Shown: positions 29,863 through 32,000 of the stretch, piece by piece
Layout of the letters: every line of letters starts with the position of its first letter
How positions within the stretch are numbered: position 1 is the stretch's first letter
NCBI RefSeq assembly: GCF_000146505.1
Contig: NC_017448.1
Span: forward strand, 3,811,005-3,843,004
Length of the DNA stretch: 32,000 nucleotides
From: Fibrobacter succinogenes subsp. succinogenes S85
GTDB lineage: Bacteria > Fibrobacterota > Fibrobacteria > Fibrobacterales > Fibrobacteraceae
Direction: 5' to 3'
Made by a program: the position numbers and the translations under genes
Notes under the pieces: model-generated
What the model saw: the letters and a program-made list of their open reading frames with translations, nothing else
Databases searched by the model: none
Told to the model about the DNA's origin: nothing

Positions 29863-31152
29863 ATGAAAAAGCCTGAACTTTTAGCACCTGCGGGTGACCT
29901 TGTACGAATGAAGTATGCATTTGCCTATGGGGCAGATGCGGTTTATGCCGGGCAACCGGCGTTCTCGTTGCGCGCTCGCGAAAACGGTTTTAAGAATCTT
30001 GATGACCTTGCTGAAGGCATTGCGTATGCGCATGAACATGGCAAGAAGTTCTACCTCACGAGTAACGTGATTCCTCGTAACGTGAAGGTGGAATCATTCC
30101 AGAAGGCTTTGAATGCTGCGCTTGAACTCAAGCCGGATGCCTTGATTGTCGCAGATCCGGGCTTTGTGGGCTGGCTTTTGAAGGAACATCCAGAAACGGA
30201 AGTTCATTTGTCTGTGCAGGCGAATACGACAAACTATCTTGCAGCTTCGTTCTGGAAAAACTTAGGCGTTCGCCGTATCATCTTGAGTCGTGAACTTCGC
30301 CTGTCTGAAATTTTAGAGATAAAGAAACAAGTTCCAGACCTTGAACTGGAAGTGTTCGTCCACGGTGCTGTTTGTATGGCCATGTCGGGTCGTTGCATGC
30401 TTTCGAACTGGGTGACGCACCGCGATGCAAACCAGGGCGCCTGTGATAACAGCTGCCGTATGCCTTATCGCTTGTATGCGAACTCCGGTCCGCAGGTCGA
30501 GGACTATCGCGAACATGAAGGCTCTTTTGCGCTCCAGCGCACCGACCGCCCGGAGCTTGACCCGATTGCGCTCGACGAAGACACGTGGGGTACTTACTTT
30601 ATGAGTAGTCGTGACCTCTGCGCCCTGGACGTGATTCCAGAACTTGTGGCGGGCGGGCTTGACTCCTTCAAGATTGAAGGTCGTACACGCTCTGTGTACT
30701 ACTTGAGCCAGGTCGTGCGCGCTTATCGCATGGCTATTGATGCCGTAGCAGAAGGCAATCCCGTACCCGAAGAAAGCCGTCGTGCGATTACCTTTGTCGA
30801 TGGGCGAGGCTTTATGCCGGGATTCCTGCGCGGACCGTTACCGCAGAACTACGAAGCGACGCATGTGGATGCCGCTGGTGGCTGTGTGGCGGCCCAGATT
30901 AAGGACTTTGATGAGGCAACGGGCGCCTGCCTTGTGAACGTGAAAAATCCTTTCTCTATGGATGATACGTTGGAACTGATGACGCCCGATGGCATGCAGA
31001 AGTGCGAAGTCGAGGAAATGCTAGATTTCCGCGGTGCAGCTGCGGATCGGTTGAATCCGGGAACGGAAGGACGCGTTTTTCTAGGAAAAAATACCTTAAA
31101 TAGCGAAAAAAACGCCAAATTTGGCTTTCTTGTGAAACGAGCAAATTCATAA
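29863..31152 (+). CDS. Peptidase U32 family protein (YegQ/TrhP-, RlhA-like)
   Basis: MKKPELLAPAG, YAGQPAFSLRAR and EVFVHGAVCMAMSGRCMLSNW (the U32 signature region), plus a C-terminal beta-barrel-like extension. ATG 29863 is preferred over the track start at 29851. Confidence 0.88.
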   Translation: MKKPELLAPAGDLVRMKYAFAYGADAVYAGQPAFSLRARENGFKNLDDLAEGIAYAHEHGKKFYLTSNVIPRNVKVESFQKALNAALELKPDALIVADPGFVGWLLKEHPETEVHLSVQANTTNYLAASFWKNLGVRRIILSRELRLSEILEIKKQVPDLELEVFVHGAVCMAMSGRCMLSNWVTHRDANQGACDNSCRMPYRLYANSGPQVEDYREHEGSFALQRTDRPELDPIALDEDTWGTYFMSSRDLCALDVIPELVAGGLDSFKIEGRTRSVYYLSQVVRAYRMAIDAVAEGNPVPEESRRAITFVDGRGFMPGFLRGPLPQNYEATHVDAAGGCVAAQIKDFDEATGACLVNVKNPFSMDDTLELMTPDGMQKCEVEEMLDFRGAAADRLNPGTEGRVFLGKNTLNSEKNAKFGFLVKRANS

Positions 31153-31179
31153 TATACCATAAAAAAATAGATTTGGAAC

Positions 31180-31653
31180 ATGGCTGTCGATAAAGCGACA
31201 AAAGAACAGGATGAACTTGAACTTTATCAGATCGATGATAAAGCGATTGTGCCGTTTTTCCAGAAACATCTGGAAGAGTTACGGCAGTTCATTCACGATC
31301 ATCAATGCAATGATCATCTTTGCTTGCTGGTGTTGCTGAAGCAGTTTATTCGTACCTACCGCATGCCGTTCAACATGCAGCGCTATATGGAAGTTCAGAG
31401 AACTTTCATCCAGCGTTCTTTGCATGACAAGATTCAGGACCGCCAGCAGGCCGTGAGCCACTGGATTCAGGAATTTGCCGGTCGCCATCGCAATCGTATG
31501 ATCCAGCTGCAGTGCTTGTATCTTGATCGCGTGAAGGACCGCTTGCTCCCTGAAATCGAAAAGCTGCTCGAAAATAGGATTGACCACCTGCAAGAAAAGC
31601 TCGGTGAGAATGGCGGACAAAATAACCAACCGCCACCGCCTCAAAATCCCTAA
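31180..31653 (+). CDS. Hypothetical protein (helical, His/Gln/Arg-rich, Pro-rich tail)
   Basis: 157-aa ORF followed by a strong terminator. HDHQCNDHLC segment and C-terminal QNNQPPPPQNP. No family recognised. Confidence 0.55.
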   Translation: MAVDKATKEQDELELYQIDDKAIVPFFQKHLEELRQFIHDHQCNDHLCLLVLLKQFIRTYRMPFNMQRYMEVQRTFIQRSLHDKIQDRQQAVSHWIQEFAGRHRNRMIQLQCLYLDRVKDRLLPEIEKLLENRIDHLQEKLGENGGQNNQPPPPQNP

Positions 31654-31675
31654 AATTTCACAAACGAATGATGTA

Positions 31676-31712
31676 TGTAACTTGTTGATTTTCACCAAGT
31701 TACATTTTTTAT
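31676..31712 (+). terminator. Rho-independent terminator
   Basis: TGTAACTTG-(11 nt loop)-CAAGTTACA followed by TTTTTTAT, 22 nt after the stop at 31653. Confidence 0.75.
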
Positions 31713-32000
31713 AATGCAAAAAAGTGGCGTTTTTGAGCGAATTTCGCCATTTGTATAAGAATTTGTATGCTTAAAGTAAGAAAAATCTTGTCAAGGGATG
31801 TTTGAAAAAATACCTGTTGATAACTTGTGCTGAAATTAAGTGATAATTTTGTTACACATGCGTTTGTAAGGGTGGTGTAAACTGGAAAAAGTGTGATAAA
31901 AAATGTTTCTAATTTTTTTTTGCCGTTTTTAAGTCAAAAAAGGGCTTTTAAAAAATTTTTCGTCCGTGGTGCTTGTGGTTCGGATTTCCTTTCTTATTTT

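Noticed and set aside
1-32000. Search for tRNA/rRNA genes, CRISPR arrays, IS elements, integrases and known defense modules (RM, TA, Cas, Abi, CBASS-like)
   Set aside because: None of the intergenic regions has tRNA-like length or conserved arms. There are no regularly spaced direct repeats. No ORF shows DDE or tyrosine-recombinase, nuclease, helicase or methyltransferase motifs that I can recognise.

Overview
The window has two compositional domains, and every confident gene but one is on the + strand.

(A) 1-6.33 kb is a visibly AT-rich block (hand-counted 60-nt lines give about 32% GC, against about 50-67% further on). It holds the 3' end of a larger ORF, then nine small or medium orphan ORFs. 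Almost all of these are TM-anchored, lipoproteins or signal-peptide proteins, and two are paralogous BNR/Asp-box proteins. An 81-nt repeat occurs at 1816-1896 and 6253-6333, with a partial third copy at 3973. It carries a conserved mini-ORF and a TATATT-N6-ATG arrangement.

(B) 6.4-32 kb is core-like, tightly packed DNA containing:
- a divergent DXS-family TPP enzyme, an alpha/beta hydrolase and a rhodanese lipoprotein;
- a riboflavin operon, ribD-[AT-rich Cys-rich lipoprotein insert]-ribE-ribBA-ribH-nusB;
- a glycosylation cluster: a DUF2723/TMEM260-like GT-C protein, a GtrB/ArnC-like GT2, a Ppm1/DPM1-like GT2 and a GT2 fusion;
- a Trm112-like gene translationally coupled to a 964-aa extremely acidic TPR-capped repeat protein, followed 1 nt later by pilT;
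- a convergent Cthe_2159-type beta-helix lipoprotein with a Ser-rich linker (the only confident - strand gene);
- a Wzi-like outer-membrane protein, a U32 peptidase-family protein and a hypothetical protein.

I found no rRNA, tRNA, CRISPR array, transposase or integrase, recognisable defense genes or FMN riboswitch.

The three best candidates for something undescribed are:
1. the acidic short-motif scaffold coupled to an orphan pilT;
2. the DUF2723 plus polyprenol-P-sugar synthase cluster, as a possible protein O-glycosylation module;
3. the AT-rich envelope-protein island with its repeat/mini-ORF junctions.

Gene content is compatible with an FCB-group, Fibrobacter-like organism, but I cannot verify taxonomy without a search. 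All family calls come from motif recognition by eye, not database hits.
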